Source: Acidobacteriota bacterium
Lineage (GTDB): Bacteria; Acidobacteriota; Terriglobia; Acidiferrales; UBA7541
Direction: 5' to 3'
NCBI GenBank assembly: GCA_003154775.1
Contig: PMES01000031.1
Span: 4,334-68,333, forward strand
Length of the DNA: 64,000 nucleotides
The number at the start of each line of letters is the position of its first letter. Position 1 is the stretch's first letter. The position numbers and the translations under genes are program-made. The notes below the pieces were generated by a model that did no database searches, was not told the DNA's origin, and saw only the letters and a list, made by a program, of their open reading frames with translations. This document shows positions 61,537 through 64,000 of this stretch, one piece after another.

Positions 61537-61544
61537 CTGACTTC

Positions 61545-61559
61545 TTTCGCTTTGTCTTC
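61545..61559 (+). promoter_or_regulatory. LexA box upstream of the UvrD-nuclease gene
   Basis: TTTC-GCTTTGT-CTTC-TCC is nearly identical to the recA box; -10-like TAAGGT at 61565. Confidence 0.7.
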
Positions 61560-61589
61560 TCCCGTAAGGTGCGCTACGCTTTCTGAATC

Positions 61590-64000
61590 ATGCCCACCCT
61601 TTTCGATATGGCACCTCGCCCCGATGGCGGCGAACTAAAGCCGAACGATGCGCAGCGGCGCGCGATTACCCACGGCGAAGGACCCCTGCTGGTGATCGCG
61701 GGCGCGGGCACAGGAAAAACCCGCGTCATCACGGAGCGCATCCGCCACCTCCTCGAATCGGATGCTACCCTGCTCGGGGAGAATATCCTTGGGCTGACGT
61801 TCACGAAAAAAGCCGCGGGTGAAATGAAGACGCGCGTGGTGAAGGCCGTCGGCGAACGCGGCAAGGACGTGGTGCTGGCGACGTTCCACTCTTTTTGCGA
61901 GACGCTGCTGAAGGAAGTCGATCCCAACCGCGTGGCGCTGGAATCAGTGGACCACTGGATCCTGCTGCGGCGGAATCTGGCGCGACTGAAACTTGAAAAG
62001 TACCGCCGCCTGGCCGAGCCCGGGCAATTCCTCAGCGATTTCATCCAGTTTTTCTCGCGTTGCCAGGACGAATTGGTGTCCAGCGGAGAATACCAGGCCT
62101 ATGCCGATCAGCTCGCCGCGGAATTGCAGGCGGAGAAGAGCGGCCTCGATGAAGACACCGGCAAGGAGCGCGCCGAACAGGTCGCACTGCAACAGGAGAT
62201 TGCCCGCGCCTACCGCGCCAGCGAAGAAATCCTGAGAGAGAAGCGGGCCGTGGCGCTCAACGGGCTCATCACCGAAGCCGTCGCGCTGCTCAAGCGCGAC
62301 ACCAAGCGGCGGCGGCAGCTTCAGGAGCGGTTCAAGCACGTCCTGGTGGACGAATTTCAGGATACCAATATCGCGCAGCTCGAATTGCTGCATCTGCTGA
62401 GCGCGGAATCGCGCAACATCGTCGTCGTGGGCGACAACGATCAGGCCATCTACCGCTTCCGCGGCGCTTCCTTCGGCAGCTTCAAGCTGTTCCTCCAGCG
62501 GTTCACCGGCTGGAAGGAAGGGCAGGACTCGACGCCGTATCGCGTGGCATTGATGGATAACTACCGTTCGACACCCAACATTCTGCGCGTGGCAACGCAA
62601 GTGATCGGCCAAAACGAGGTCAGCCCCGAATTCCCCAAGAAAGTCCTGCAAGCAAACAAGTCAGAAGGGGAGAAGATCCGCATTGTGGAGATGGAAACGC
62701 CCGAGGACGAAGCCTCGTGGGTGGCGGATGAACTCGAGCGGCTGCACGGCGCGGGGCGGCGATGGAAGGATTTTGCCGTGCTCTACCGGCAGCACGCGCA
62801 CCGCGACCAGTTGGTGGAAGAGCTGTCGCGGCGCAAGATTCCCTTCGTCATCAGCAAGCTTTCGATTCTGGAGCACCCGCTGGTGCGCGACGTCCTCGCT
62901 TATCTTCACTTGATCGCGCTGCCTTATGACGACATCGCTTGCGCGCGCGTGCTCTCCGCGCCGGCATGGCATCTGACGGCGGAGGACCTGGTGCGCCTGG
63001 CGGAGCGCGCCGCTAAGAAACGCGGCACGGCTCTTTACGATGTTTTGCAGACGCCACAATCGGAGCTGCCGTTTGACGCCTCGCACATTGCCCTGCCAAC
63101 GCTGCTGGAGTTTTTGGGTGCGCAACGCAAGACGCTAAGGAGGCGCACGGCCCGCGAAATCCTTGGCGATCTCATCGAGTGGCTGGAAGTGCCGCAGCGC
63201 GCCGCCACGCAGGACCGCAAGTACGTCAACCAACTCGGGCAATTCGTAAAGGAGTGGGAAGCGAAAAGCGAGACGCGGGGCTTGCCGGAATTTCTGGAGT
63301 ACCTGGATTATTTTCAGCAAGCCGGTGGAACTTTGAGCCTGGAAGATGATGCGCCCGGCGATGCCGTGCAGCTCATGACGGTGCATGGCGCCAAGGGCCT
63401 GGAGTTTTCGCACGTATTTCTGCTGCGCGTGAATTCCAACGCCTTTCCGCCGCGCAAGCGCTCGCCGCTTTTTGAATTTCCCGATCGCCTGATGAAGGAA
63501 GAATTGCCGGAGGGCGATTTTCACATTCAGGAAGAGCGCCGGCTTTTCTACGTGGCCCTGACGCGCGCCATGGAGCGGCTGACCATCACCACGCTGACCG
63601 AAAAGAAGGGCAAGGTGCCCGTCTTCATCGAGGACATCGTGATGGAGCCGGCCATCAAGCGGCGCGACGTCCTGCAACTCGCCCCGAAAAAGAAGACCAA
63701 AGCCGCGGACGTCACAATGGAACGGGCGGAAGCCCGCGCGGGCGAATTATTCGCGGCCAAGGAAGGGCCGCCCAAGATCTTTTCCCGCATCGCCAAGTGG
63801 GCGGAGGAATTTCATCCACCAACGCCCGAGCCCTTGAAGCTCAGCAGCTCCGCGGTGGATAACTACCGCAAATGCCCGCAGCAATATGCTTTCAGCTATC
63901 TTTGGTCCCTGAAGGAGGGGCCGCGGGCCACGCTGAGCTTCGGCAGCGTGATGCACACCACCATCAAGCGCTTCCTGGAGCAATTGAAAAAGGGCGCGAA
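61590..64000 (+). CDS. UvrD/PcrA-family SF1 helicase fused to a C-terminal PD-(D/E)xK nuclease, AddA/AdnB-like (partial, runs off the window end)
   Basis: Manual translation: AGAGTGKT, VDEFQD, VGDNDQAIYRFRGA, NYRS, MTVHGAKGLEF and EERRLFYVALTRA, then LSSSAVDNYRKCPQQY...GSVMH. Confidence 0.92.
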   Translation, partial: MPTLFDMAPRPDGGELKPNDAQRRAITHGEGPLLVIAGAGTGKTRVITERIRHLLESDATLLGENILGLTFTKKAAGEMKTRVVKAVGERGKDVVLATFHSFCETLLKEVDPNRVALESVDHWILLRRNLARLKLEKYRRLAEPGQFLSDFIQFFSRCQDELVSSGEYQAYADQLAAELQAEKSGLDEDTGKERAEQVALQQEIARAYRASEEILREKRAVALNGLITEAVALLKRDTKRRRQLQERFKHVLVDEFQDTNIAQLELLHLLSAESRNIVVVGDNDQAIYRFRGASFGSFKLFLQRFTGWKEGQDSTPYRVALMDNYRSTPNILRVATQVIGQNEVSPEFPKKVLQANKSEGEKIRIVEMETPEDEASWVADELERLHGAGRRWKDFAVLYRQHAHRDQLVEELSRRKIPFVISKLSILEHPLVRDVLAYLHLIALPYDDIACARVLSAPAWHLTAEDLVRLAERAAKKRGTALYDVLQTPQSELPFDASHIALPTLLEFLGAQRKTLRRRTAREILGDLIEWLEVPQRAATQDRKYVNQLGQFVKEWEAKSETRGLPEFLEYLDYFQQAGGTLSLEDDAPGDAVQLMTVHGAKGLEFSHVFLLRVNSNAFPPRKRSPLFEFPDRLMKEELPEGDFHIQEERRLFYVALTRAMERLTITTLTEKKGKVPVFIEDIVMEPAIKRRDVLQLAPKKKTKAADVTMERAEARAGELFAAKEGPPKIFSRIAKWAEEFHPPTPEPLKLSSSAVDNYRKCPQQYAFSYLWSLKEGPRATLSFGSVMHTTIKRFLEQLKKGA

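Noticed and set aside
1-64000. Prophage, integrative element, IS, tRNA or rRNA
   Set aside because: No integrase, transposase, phage structural gene, cloverleaf or rRNA signature recognised by eye. A tRNAscan-SE/Infernal run would be needed to exclude small RNAs.

Overview
A 64-kb chromosomal window of roughly 60% GC (estimated by eye), most likely from an Acidobacteriota genome. That assignment is inferred from the GTTC-N7-GTTC-type LexA boxes, the gene content and the intergenic REP-like palindromes. The backbone is housekeeping: mdtABC-type RND efflux, a MacAB-like ABC exporter, a Hanks kinase, two PP2C/SpoIIE phosphatases, korAB, 3-hydroxybutyryl-CoA dehydrogenase, a PBP/M23 pair, an ECF sigma operon, and the SOS genes lexA, recA and a UvrD-nuclease fusion. 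I found no tRNA, rRNA, CRISPR array, integrase or transposase. Five things stand out. (1) A mini SOS regulon can be read directly from the sequence: four xTT(C/T)-GCTTTNT-xTTC boxes lie upstream of lexA, of a small Cys/His ORF plus recA, and of uvrD; at lexA and at the recA locus they sit in clear sigma-70 promoters. (2) A lower-GC, defence-like cassette lies beside each of these three SOS loci: a two-gene Schlafen/AlbA_2 module, a GHKL-ATPase/PD-(D/E)xK nuclease gene broken by one in-frame TAA, and a HEPN RNase gene between imperfect inverted repeats next to an orphan hicB. (3) A separate translationally coupled pair of uncharacterised PD-(D/E)xK nucleases is a candidate novel defence system. 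(4) A HAL-family lyase with an Ala-Cys-Gly MIO triad lies upstream of a corrinoid methyltransferase module. (5) A pyruvate carboxylase gene has collapsed in frame to 112 aa. All family assignments come from motif recognition; no database searches were run.
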